34,338 nt of DNA from Octopus bimaculoides (GCF_001194135.2 NC_068985.1:11295609-11329946); one strand, 5' to 3'; shown: positions 12,600 to 23,229, counted from the first letter of the stretch. Numbers and translations: made by a program. The notes: generated by a model from the letters alone, not told the origin.

Positions 12600-13243
12600 C
12601 TGTATTTGTGTGTGTGTGTGTGTGCGTGACTGTATTTGTGTGTGTGTGTGTGTGTGACTGTGTCTGTGTGTATGCGTGTGTGAGTATGTGGTATTTGTGT
12701 GTGCGTATGTGTATTTACATACGCTCGCATAATGATTTATATCAATAATGCAATATAAAGAAATCATTGAAAATGCTTAAAAAAAAATAGAACTATTTAA
12801 AAACATCCTTAAAACATCGGAAATGATAATTAATGATGTAATTAATGGTGACTAATTGTATTTTATTTCTTGCAATTTACCTGTACAGGGCATGAATTAT
12901 ACTGATATATTTTTGTATCTCGCTAAGGAGGCACAATCCATATTTCGATTCAATCGTTTGTTGATTGCATTTCCTTGGTGAAAACCACTTAGTCTAGACA
13001 TTTGATTATTTGGAAAGACTTAAGGCAACTATATCATAACGTTTTTAATTATCATTCAGCTGCTTATGTATCCTTCTACAGTTGAACACGCTTTCAATTC
13101 AGTAAATTGTTTTCAACTAATTAGTTATTTTAATAAATGTATCTTCTTACACTACTTCACTGATATTTTGGATAAAAATCGTAACTTAATGGGTCGGATA
13201 ATATAGTTAATGAGGAATATAGCGTATATCAAATAAATGTAGA

Positions 13244-13620
13244 GGCGCAATGGCCCAGTGGTTAGGTCAGCGGACTCACGGTCGTAGGATCTCGGTTTCG
13301 ATTCTCAGCCCGGGCGTTGTGAGTGTTTATTGAGGGAAAACACCTAAAGCCCCACGAGGCTCCGCCAGGGGTGGTAGCGAACCCTGCTGTATGCTTTCAC
13401 CACAACTTGCTCTCAGACTTTCTTCCTGTTTCTACCTGTATTTCTAAGGGTCGGCCTCGTTACATTCTGCGTCACGCTGAATCACCCTGAGAACTATATT
13501 AAGAGTAGACGTCTCTGTGGAGTGCTCAGCCACTTGCACCTTAATTTCACGAGCAGGCTGTTCCGTTGATCGGATCAACTGGAACCCTGGTCGTCGCAAC
13601 CCACGGAGTGCCACGACGAT
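13244..13620 (+). mobile_element. Full-length tRNA-derived SINE, family D (working label; Ceph-SINE-like 3' domain)
   Basis: A-box TGGCCCAGTGGTT and B-box-like GGTTTCGATTCTC. The body ends GCAGGCTGTTCCGTTGATCGGATCAACTGGAACCCTGGTCGTCGCAACCCACGGAGTGCC. Candidate TSD ATCAAATAAA at 13228-13237 and 13619-13628. The family assignment is recalled, not searched. Confidence 0.85.
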
Positions 13621-13651
13621 CAAATAAACAATGAATAGATTTTGTACTTAC

Positions 13652-13795
13652 TGTTGACATCAAAAAATGAAAACATTTCTTGCACGAACTGCTCATCACT
13701 CAGTGTGGAACTGCTTTCACGTTGCGCCCTTAGAAATTGGCTGAATCTATTTAAAACAGGTCCTTCCAAGTTCTTTCGATCATGGTAGAGCGTAC
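13652..13795 (-). CDS. Internal coding exon (144 bp, phase 1-1) of an unidentified gene; encodes (G)TLYHDRKNLEGPVLNRFSQFLRAQRESSSTLSDEQFVQEMFSFFDVN, ending at the start of an EF-hand-like loop
   Basis: Strong acceptor TTCTCTTCTTTTCAG|G and consensus donor A|GTAAGT. Length is divisible by 3 and only one frame is open. Composition is protein-like, and the helix followed by F-x-x-F-D-x-N is typical of an EF-hand entry. Confidence 0.8.
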
Positions 13796-14060
13796 CTGAA
13801 AAGAAGAGAACCATAAAATTCAAATGGTGTCATTTCAAAATGCATTATTTCTGCGATATTATCCGCCCTCAGAATGTATGTGAGTGTGTCTGTAAGTGTC
13901 TGTCTGTCTGTCTGTGTACACTTATGTGCCACACGCACTGAATTCCTCTCCGCAATTCAACACGTATAGTGATAGAATTAACCATAAAAATACATACACA
14001 CCTATAGGCATACTCATATGAACTTACCCACGTACATATACTCTGTGTGTGTGCGTATGC

Positions 14061-14118
<58 letters not shown>

Positions 14119-14134
14119 CTAACTAGCTATATAC

Positions 14135-14174
<40 letters not shown>

Positions 14175-14390
14175 NNNNNNNNNNNNNNNNNNNNNNNNNN
14201 NNNNNNNNNNNNNNNNNNNNNNNNNNNNNNNNNNNNNNNNNNNNNNNNNNNNNNNNNNNNNNNNNNNNNNNNNNNNNNNNNNNNNNNNNNNNNNNNNNNN
14301 NNNNNNNNNNNNNNNNNNNNNNNNNNNNNNNNNNNNNNNNNNNNNNNNNNNNNNNNNNNNNNNNNNNNNNNNNNNNNNNNNNNNNTTGTG

Positions 14391-14425
<35 letters not shown>

Positions 14426-14455
14426 TATAGATAAATGATGAGTGATACGTCTTTG

Positions 14456-14517
14456 AAATCCATTCACACGGCTTTCATTGGCCCAAAGCTATAATTGAAA
14501 ACACATACTCAAGGTAC
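14456..14517 (-). mobile_element. Highly degraded fragment of SINE family B head
   Basis: AAATCCATTCACACGGCTTTCATTGGCCCAAAGCTATAATTGAAAACACATACTCAAGGT aligns with AAATCCACTCACAAGGCCTTGGTCGGCCCGAGGCTATAGTGGAAGACACTTGCTCAAGGT at about 29337. Confidence 0.55.
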
Positions 14518-14661
14518 GAAGAATTCCTGTGTGATTTAGCGATTATTCCTAGCACAACAACGGAAAAATTACAGTCTCTTTAATTCTCTTTAAAGTAACC
14601 ATAGTTCTACTCTCTGTATTTTACGAGACTGGCAAAATATTCGCTAAGTCATATAAAAGTA

Positions 14662-14695
<34 letters not shown>

Positions 14696-15096
14696 GTGTG
14701 TGGGTGTGTTTGTTTGTTTGCGTGTGGTTACAATACAAGTTATATTTCCCAGATAAAATCTCCACAGACTTTGAAAATTGGATTGAAAGTAGCAAACCAC
14801 TTTTACGAATGAGGGCAATAGCATGATCGATAATGACGTGATGTTAGAAGAAAGTAATGCATATATCTCTGCAAGTAAAACCTCAACCGAAAGTTCATTG
14901 ACTCGAAAATGGCAGTAGTTTTATGATTGTATCCAGACAGATAGTAAGAAATTCGATTAAAGAACATCCCACGAGAGGGGTAAGGACCACCTTCTTGATA
15001 TGACCGAATTATTAGCCAACGGTACTAAGTGATCAGATGTGATACTTGATACTCAGAAATACAATGACAAACGGCATGCAAATATATGCAAATATA

Positions 15097-15222
15097 TACT
15101 CTTTACTATTTTACTCTTTTAAGTGTTTGTCATTTCAATGCGGCCATGCTGGAGCAGCGCCTCTAGTCGAGCAAATTGAGCCAGGACTTATTCTTTGTAA
15201 GCCTAGTACTTATTCTATCGGT
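15097..15222 (-). mobile_element. 3' terminal fragment of SINE family B
   Basis: GCGGCCATGCTGGAGCAGCGCCTCTAGTCGAGCAAATT...GGACTTATTCTTTGTAAGCCTAGTACTTATTCTATCGGT matches about 29097-29171 and the reverse complement of about 34040-34130. Confidence 0.9.
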
Positions 15223-15226
15223 ACAT

Positions 15227-15244
15227 AGAAACTGGAATAAGCTC

Positions 15245-15290
<46 letters not shown>

Positions 15291-15423
15291 TGTGTATGTG
15301 TCTCTTGTCTTTCCTTGTGTCTACGCCCCCCCATCCGCTACCACCACCACCTAACCGCTTGACATCCGACGTTGATGCTTTGTTCCCGTAACTTACGGGT
15401 TCGGCAAAAGATACCGATGGATT
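15227..15423 (+). mobile_element. Central/3' part of SINE family B with internal (TG)n, running into an N-gap
   Basis: CCGCTTGACATCCGACGTTGATGC...CCCGTAACTTACGGGTTCGGCAAAAGATACCGAT matches the family-B body at 28900-28975 and 33991-34050. Confidence 0.8.
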
Positions 15424-16048
15424 NNNNNNNNNNNNNNNNNNNNNNNNNNNNNNNNNNNNNNNNNNNNNNNNNNNNNNNNNNNNNNNNNNNNNNNNNNNNN
15501 NNNNNNNNNNNNNNNNNNNNNNNNNNNNNNNNNNNNNNNNNNNNNNNNNNNNNNNNNNNNNNNNNNNNNNNNNNNNNNNNNNNNNNNNNNNNNNNNNNNN
15601 NNNNNNNNNNNNNNNNNNNNNNNNNNNNNNNNNNNNNNNNNNNNNNNNNNNNNNNNNNNNNNNNNNNNNNNNNNNNNNNNNNNNNNNNNNNNNNNNNNNN
15701 NNNNNNNNNNNNNNNNNNNNNNNNNNNNNNNNNNNNNNNNNNNNNNNNNNNNNNNNNNNNNNNNNNNNNNNNNNNNNNNNNNNNNNNNNNNNNNNNNNNN
15801 NNNNNNNNNNNNNNNNNNNNNNNNNNNNNNNNNNNNNNNNNNNNNNNNNNNNNNNNNNNNNNNNNNNNNNNNNNNNNNNNNNNNNNNNNNNNNNNNNNNN
15901 NNNNNNNNNNNNNNNNNNNNNNNNNNNNNNNNNNNNNNNNNNNNNNNNNNNNNNNNNNNNNNNNNNNNNNNNNNNNNNNNNNNNNNNNNNNNNNNNNNNN
16001 NNNNNNNNNNNNNNNNNNNNNNNNNNNNNNNNNNNNNNNNNNNNNNNC

Positions 16049-16213
16049 ATATATACGACGGGCTTCTTTCAGTTTCCGTCTACCAAGTCTACTCACAATG
16101 CTTTGGTCGGCTCGAGGCTATAGTAGAAGACACTTGCCCAAGGTGCCACACAATTGGACTGAACCCGGAACCATGTGGTTGGTAAGCAAGCTACTTACCA
16201 CACAGCCACTCCT
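16049..16213 (-). mobile_element. 5' half (tRNA head) of SINE family B
   Basis: The minus strand reads AGGAGTGGCTGTGTGGTAAGTAGCTTGCTTACCAACCACATGGTTCCGGGTTCAGTCC...CACCTTGGGCAAGTGTCTTCTAC (A/B-box-like) and is highly similar to 29305-29465. Confidence 0.92.
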
Positions 16214-16326
16214 ACGCTTATATATATATATATAATGTATATATACATATGCATAAACATATTCGCATACATATACATAATATATATATATATATATATA
16301 CAAATACATGTATAAACATATGCACA

Positions 16327-16397
<71 letters not shown>

Positions 16398-17219
16398 GCA
16401 CACATGAATGTTTGCTTTTCTTTTCGGTTATACTTAAAAACATTTCACATTAGTCTGATGGGTAACTCCACGTGTATGTTAGTACAAATTTTTTTTATTC
16501 TTTAACAAGAATGTTATGAACAGTAACTTCGAATTTTCGGCAAGCAAAGTCGTCATCGGCTGAGATGCATTTAAATTAATTTATACAAGCATACATTTGT
16601 GTGTGTATATATATATGTATATGTGAGTATGTATGCGTGTGTATGTAGGTGTGTATGTGTCTATGCATGTGTACGTATTGATCTTTATACGTGTATGTTT
16701 GTTTATTCGATAGATAGATAGCGAGACTTTTCTATTTAGTAGTCGAAAATTGAAATTGTTGGATAAATTTGGCTTTCGTCCCGGTTTCTATGCATAGCTG
16801 ACCCCTGTATATAGGTCAGGCATACAGAATGACTCACTGTCTTCGAGTTTGTTAAATATTAGGTTATCGAAAGAAGTGGAAAAGACAGAGAAGAGGAAAT
16901 TGCTGACAAATCGTGCATATAAAGATATGAACGAACTCGTATACAAATATATGAGAAATTTAATAGTAGATTCTCTGATGATATAATATTGATGGAGAGG
17001 CTATTTAGAATGTTAGAATGAATAGTGATGTGCTTTCTCAATCAATTTGTTCTGAGTTCAATGAACAATGAGGTCGGTGTTTCCTTTCACTCACTCGGAG
17101 TCGAGGAAAACGGTTGCAGTTGTTGTTATACATCTTCTATCCCAGTTTCACGAAATACATTTTCTATCCAAGGTTTCAGGTTAGGGCTGGAGAAATATGG
17201 CCTTCCCTGTTTTAAAACA

Positions 17220-17423
17220 GATGTTATCGAAGGGAAAGGCAAAGGGGGTGATACAGCTTGGCACCAGTGATGTTACAACTCATTTCTACCGCTGAGTTAA
17301 CTGGATCAACGTGAAATAAAGTATCTTGCTCAATAACACAACACAGAACCTGATCTGGGCATCGAACTCACAACCTCACGATCATAAACTCGACGCTCTA
17401 ACCACTGAGCCATGCGCCTTCAC
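17220..17423 (-). mobile_element. tRNA-derived SINE, family C (working label), head and core
   Basis: The minus strand reads GTGAAGGCGCATGGCTCAGTGGTTAGAGCG...GAGTTCGATGCCC (clear A and B boxes), then TTGAGCAAGATACTTTATTTCACGTTGATCCAG. It is homologous to 22125-22250. Confidence 0.88.
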
Positions 17424-17603
17424 ATCAACAAATACAAAGATATTAAAACCATACACACATACATATATGAGTATATTTTGTTTGTGTTTATAGTTAGGAG
17501 TCTGTTGGGGGATAAAGCTGTGTTGCAGAGCCACGTTTAAATACGCCCTCACCTTCGCTAACCCTCGCACACACTCTCGCTTACAGATACATATGTCATT
17601 ATA

Positions 17604-18426
17604 CATGGTAAGCAAAATATTATTATGAGCACTTTTCTTTATTTTGTAAGAAAGGAAAGTTTGAACAATTACATTATTTTGGGGACATGATCTCCTTGCT
17701 TTTCTAAGCACACTTTGTAGCAGTCCACAAGCTTCCTTTATTCCATCGGTGAAAGTTTTCGGCTGGTTACACAGCTATTTATGCACCTCTTGCTGCCTTT
17801 CTTCGTCCGTAGTAAATTCATGACCTCATATATGAGGTTGAAGCGGTCCAAAGAGGTAATAGTCAAAAGGGACTAGAACTAGACTGTATGCAGTGTTCTT
17901 ACAACTCGAAACCTAAATTTTCAATGGTTTTAACTGCGTGAGCAGCCGTATGTAAGTATGTATTGTCTTAACAATAACTTGTTTTGACAATGGACGTCGA
18001 GGCTTGGTGCGAATTGCTGGCTTGAGTTTCTTTGCCAGCATTTCATTCTAGTCTCAACTAGTGACTGTAGATCTCTTTCCTCGGTAATGTCCCAGTACAG
18101 CTACTGTTGCGTCCCCAAAAGGGTTAGTACCTCTTTATCTGCGGAAGATTCAGTCTTGAATTTATCTTCCGCTGGCGATTCCGGATGTTTCCACTCCATA
18201 CTCAGGCTTTTGTATTTTGGAGCAAACTGATGGTTCCAGGGTTCAACGTCTGTGACTATTCTCTCCAGCAAAGCTCTGCCTTCATCTCGGTAGCTGTCGA
18301 GTACGCGCTTAGAGGTCTCAATACGTTTGCGCTTATGCGCTTTTGTAAACTGTCTTGGTAATCATCTCGCTCAGATTTCCCGGAAGCGAAGTTTGTCGTG
18401 GATGATTTCGTAAACAGACCAGTGAC

Positions 18427-18430
<4 letters not shown>
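17604..18430 (-). mobile_element. Decayed mariner (Tc1/mariner, DD34D-type) transposon: 3' two-thirds of the transposase pseudogene plus the 3' TIR
   Basis: Minus-strand translation with stops and frameshifts gives SHWSVYEIIHDKLRFREI*AR*LPRQFTKAHKRKRIE...LLERIVTDVEPWNHQFAPKYKSLSMEWKHPESP...KFKTESSADKEVLT...EMLAKKLKPAIRTK...DNTYLHTAAH...AYSLVLVPFDYYLFGPLQ...FTTDEERQQEVHK...DGIK...KQGDHVPK. These match mariner motifs WVPRQL, IVTGDETW, HDNARPH and YSPDLAPSDYHLF. TIR-like end TA|CATGGTAAGCAAAATATT at 17602-17621. Confidence 0.95.

Positions 18431-18520
<90 letters not shown>
18429..18520. repeat. (CA)n microsatellite (about 46 units) truncating the mariner
   Basis: Direct reading. Confidence 0.97.
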
Positions 18521-18522
<2 letters not shown>

Positions 18523-18537
18523 CTATATACATATATA

Positions 18538-19265
18538 AACGGCAGTGAAGCATGGGCTGTTACTGCTGAGGACTTGCGTAAGCTTCTAAGAAATGAAGCT
18601 AGTATGCTCCGCTAGATGTGAGGGAACCCGAGGAAGAGGCAGACCCAGGAAGGCAGAGGACGAGGTGGTTAAGTACGATCTGCGGGTGTTGGGTCTCACA
18701 GAAGTAATGACAAGTGACCGAGACATTTGCAGATATCGCGCACTTGAGAAGACCCGTCAGGCCGAGTGAGATCGTAGTTGTGGCTGATGCCAGTGTCACT
18801 TAACTGGCCCGTTAACATCACCTATCATTGGGGGATATGCTGTGCTTATGAAGACCTGTGAAACGAATGAAATCATAGTAGTGGCCGATGCCAGTACTGT
18901 CAGACTGGCACCTCTGTCGGTGGCACGTCAAAAGCACCTTTCGAGTGTTGGGCCTCGTGGAGGTAGTGACATCTGACCAAGAATTTTGGCGATATACCAT
19001 GCATGTGTAGACCTGTCAAGCCAAGTGACACCGTAATCGGGGCCGATGCTGGTGTCAGGTCAATGGCATCCATGCCGGTGGCGCGTAAAAGACATCCGCT
19101 ACTTCCTCGGAGTGGTTGGTGTTAGGAAGGGCATCCAGCTGTAGAAACGTTGCCATATCAAATCGCAACCTGGTGCAGCCCCCTCCTCCACGGCTTAACA
19201 GTTTTCAGTCAAACCGTCCAACACATGCCAGCATGGAAACCGGACATTAAATGATGACGATGATG
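18538..19265 (+). mobile_element. 5'-truncated RTE-clade LINE fragment: RT C-terminus pseudogene, 3' UTR and (GAT)n tail
   Basis: GSEAWAVTAEDLRKLLRNEASMLR*M, then a frameshift, then EGTRGRGRPRKAEDEVVKYDLRVLGLTEVMTSDRDICRY...EKTRQAE* (RTE motifs LYGSETW and GRGRPRKTW). It ends AAACCGTCCAACACATGCCAGCATGGAAACCGGACATTAAATGATGACGATGAT. Confidence 0.92.
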
Positions 19266-19303
19266 GCACACACACACATACATACATACATACATACATA
19301 CAT

Positions 19304-19384
<81 letters not shown>

Positions 19385-19387
19385 CAG

Positions 19388-19550
19388 CATCATCATCACT
19401 ATCTAACGCTTCCTTTCCATGGTGGCATAGTCAGGATGATTTGACATTAGCTCCACAGCCTTTGGCATGACTGTCACGACTTATGCCCTTCTGAACGCCA
19501 ATCACTTTACAAAGTGTATTGGATGCTTTTTACGAACCACCGGAATTACC
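19388..19550 (-). mobile_element. Degraded 3' end of the same RTE-type family in inverted orientation
   Basis: CATCATCATCA...CTTTCCATGGTGGCAT...TTTGAC...ATGCCCTTCTGAACGCCAATCACT...GGATGCTTTTTACG.ACCACCGG is the reverse complement of the 19075-19265 terminus. Confidence 0.8.
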
Positions 19551-20042
19551 ACTTTACACAGTGTTCTGGTTCCTTTTTGTCGTGCCACTTACACTGAGAT
19601 ATTATTTCTCGTTTCCTCTCTCATACACATCACGTTTCAATCCTTTTTCAACCGAACATACATAGATAAGTACGCAGACAATTGATTTAAGGAAGCCTGG
19701 GTTATATTACCCATATACACATAAAATTACCGTTTCGCAAAGGCCTGTTTATGTGAAACGGTTTCTTTTTCATAATTTACTTAATGAATTACTGACATAA
19801 TGTTTATGAGAGATATATGGGAATATCTACACCCCCAAAATTCGTAAAACAGGAGTATTGCTGCAATCATGTGTTAGCACACGGATCATAGTTTCTAGAT
19901 TTAACATGTAAGTATATTAGAAAATTCGTATGAAATTAGTCATGCACAATTTTGAAAAACAAAAATATCACAATTTTATGTGATTCAAGACTGAATGCTA
20001 ACTGAATATGTAGTATGGAACGGAGTGTAATTCCCAGGACTC

Positions 20043-20100
<58 letters not shown>
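20043..20100. repeat. (ATT)n trinucleotide microsatellite
   Basis: About 19 perfect units. Confidence 0.97.
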
Positions 20101-20103
<3 letters not shown>

Positions 20104-21190
20104 ATCTTTCAAATGATAAAAGAATGTCAGCCATAATTAGTTGCTAAATCATATTGGAATACACATCAAAGAAAATATATATTCTAACTGGCATATGGTT
20201 GTTCATATTTAAAAGTTACTGACTACCTAGTTAATGTTCAAGCTAACCTCACAAAGATACAATAGTGTTTAGTCTATTAACATGTAGCGAAACTTCAGAG
20301 TCACGATATAGTATTCAAATGTTATGACTCAGTCATTCATAATTCAGACGCTATAAAGTCTTCGTTTAATTAACAAGACCTATAATGTATAATTTTTGAC
20401 AACCTGTCTATCAGTTTTGAGCAGTTGAATTTTATCAGATTGCAGTGCGTATGGTAACAATTAACAGAATATTAAGAAAGAAAGAGGGAGAAGCATTACG
20501 AGAAAACCATTGATGGTTTGAGTGGGCAAAATTGGAATAGTAATCTTGAATGGTTGTGATACAATGCAATTTAGAAAAGTTTTACCTTCATTGCCAAGAG
20601 AGAGGGAGAGAGAGAAAGGGGGGAGAATGAGAGGCAGAGAGAGGCATATAGATAGAGAAAGACGTCTGATTGTATCCTTTGGCAAGAAAAGTCTAGTGGA
20701 ATTGAAGAATTATATTGTTTTTGAATATTTGAAATGGGGCTAATTAGACACGACTCAGATGAGAAATTATGGATGAATGATACTGATGGGAAGGAATGAG
20801 ATGATTTGATAATACCGAAATTGTAACAATGAGCTAGGGGTGTGATTAAGTTATGTCGTCGGAATAATCACGATCAGAAATCAACATATACAAAAAATAT
20901 TCATAGAATTACATTATTTACAAATTGTAAGCCTGTGCATGGCCTATACACTTGATAGAAATAACATTAAAACTCACTCATATCATTCACTACTGCTCCA
21001 AATAAAGCGGGAAACCCTATAAGATTAAGACGACGTATTGGAAAATTACAATAGTAAGTAAATGTATAAGTATACAAAAATAACTAAATAAATAAATATA
21101 AAAAGGAATGTAGGATATGTCGCAAAACTTTTTGCAGATAAAACATGATAAATAGGAATAGAAACTAGAGGTTAAATATTTTAAAAATAT

Positions 21191-21426
21191 TTATTTCTTT
21201 ATTGCCCACCGGGGGACTAAACATAGAGGGAAGAAACAACGACAGACAAAGGGATTAACTCGATTACATCGACTCCAGTGCATAACTGGTACCTATTTAA
21301 TCGACCCCGAAATGACGAAAGGCTAGGTCGATCTCGTCGGAATTTGAACTCAGAACGTAGCAGCAGACGAAATACCACGAAGCATTTCGCCCGGCGTGCT
21401 AACGATTCTGCCACCACGCAGCCTTA
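21191..21426 (-). mobile_element. Full-length SINE family A copy
   Basis: Colinear with 10796-11016 from the TATTGCCCAC tail to the GCCTTA head. Confidence 0.9.
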
Positions 21427-21820
21427 ATATTAGAAAAAATATTAAAAATTACTTAATAATATATAAAGTTTTCCGAGGAAGCTTAAAGGTTAAATATTTA
21501 GAAATCAAAAAAGAAAAAAAAAAAAGGAAGAAAATGAAGTAATTGAAAATTAGAAAATCTTAACAGAAATTCTAATTCAGAAATTATGCAATGAAACTTA
21601 AGTAAAATAAGTAAGTGTAAATGGAAAAATCCAGAACTTAAAAGTTGGGAAAAACTGGTGTAAACTCAATGAAGACAGTTGTTACCAATAAATGGTGTTT
21701 TCTGGGCAGGTTTGTAATTGACTTACAATAGCTAAAGAAGTGCAGTGATGATTGTATCGTCGACCCGAGAACGTTAAGTCATATATGTGGGTTTATAACT
21801 AGCTTTCAAGCCAAACTAAT

Positions 21821-22806
21821 CTGAAGTTTTCTACTTTCTGTCACGGGAATCCCTTCCTTAATTCGGAAGAGATAATCCTATATGTTTATATGAAGCCATA
21901 AATATTGAGGTCGACATCTTTTCTCGCCTCGCAGAACTTGCGCGCGCACACACACACACATGTGTGAGTGTGCGTGTGTATAGAAAAGGATACCTTCCTT
22001 TCGGCCATGACTGACAATAGGATTGCACCTAGAAAGTTACCCTCCGAGGCACACATGCGGGCAAGCTTGTTTATGGAAGAGCAGTAGTAACCCATGTATA
22101 ACAACCTCCCCTCTTTCCGTCACCGATGTTATTAAAAGGAAATGCAAAAGCCGATACAGTTTTGCACCAGTGATGTCGCAGCTCATTTCTACAGCTTAGT
22201 GACCCGGAATAACATTAAATAGAATATCTTGCTACAGAAAATAACATACAACACTGTTGTGGTGCATCCTTCGGTGCAGATGTATTACGTAAAGTGAATT
22301 TTCAAAGGGTACCTTGTTCAATAAACTTCGTTATATATATATATATATTTATGCATGCATGCGTGTATATATGTATATATGCATGTATCTATGTATGTAT
22401 GTATGTATGTAAATATCAGCTAACCAGATCTTTGAATTACCTTCGCCTGTAAATAGATTGATGGATATATTGAGAAAAACAAATCAAAGAGTGAAGAAAG
22501 ACGTCTTTTCCTAAGAATATATCCGTATCTCTGTCTATTCCGGCGTAATTCACCATGTGACGTTTTTGTTTGTTGTGTTGATGCTAATGTGTAGGTGCGT
22601 GAGACTTGTGCGGATGTGGTTGTGTGCATGCAATTTCTGCAATTTTAATAACGGATTTCATAAATGGAATTATGAAAATAGTATTCGCTAACTGGATGTT
22701 TGAAAAATGCGCACTAACTATACTGAAGTTTTCTACTTCTATCACGAGAATCCCTTTCTTAATTTGGAAGAGTTATTCATATATGTTTATATGAAGCCAT
22801 AAATAT
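21821..22806 (+). repeat. Direct repeat pair of about 85 bp (21821-21905 and 22723-22806)
   Basis: CTGAAGTTTTCTAC...GAATCCCTT...GGAAGAG...TATATGTTTATATGAAGCCATAAATAT; manual alignment gives 7 substitutions and 1 gap. Confidence 0.9.
21993..22250 (-). mobile_element. Degraded SINE family C copy lacking the tRNA head
   Basis: GATGTTATTAAAAGGAAATGCAAAAGCCGATACAGTTTTGCACCAGTGATGTCGCAGCTCATTTCTACAGCT aligns with 17220-17295. Confidence 0.8.
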
Positions 22807-23229
22807 CATCGAACATGAATGAACGAAGAGGATAATCTGCGAGAAGGCAGTAATCCTGGCGAACGAAATAAATAAAAAGACGTTGAATAAAGCTTTCAAA
22901 GACCAAAATACTAACAAGAATGAAGAACCAATCAAAAGAAGTTTAGACATTGCATATCATATTCGGAAACTCTATGGAATAGGGATATCAAAAGAAAATA
23001 TCATTATTCGTATATGAAATGACGTCAAAACCAAGGAAAAACCAATACAAAATAAACTTGGTTTCCCCGTGTTTTGAAAAACACGAAAGCAAACAGCATA
23101 GACTGATTAGATTGTATACATACATACACACACATGTATATTTATATTTATATCAGTGTGTGTATAATTGTACGTGTGTATATGTATACATATTCATATA
23201 TATGTAAAGATATGTATATACTTATACAT

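Noticed and set aside
12044-12767. 200-295 aa ORFs spanning X-runs (also 14047-14467, 15163-16235, 25884-26724, 27272-27992, 30161-30465)
   Set aside because: Artefacts of N-gaps read through as X.
16796-16818. Small hairpin CTGACC-N10-GGTCAG
   Set aside because: A 6-bp stem is at chance level and has no supporting context.
17340-17423. tRNA-like sequences with A and B boxes (also 13244-13315 and 16140-16213)
   Set aside because: They continue directly into multi-copy SINE bodies and lack an intact acceptor stem, so they are SINE heads rather than tRNA genes.
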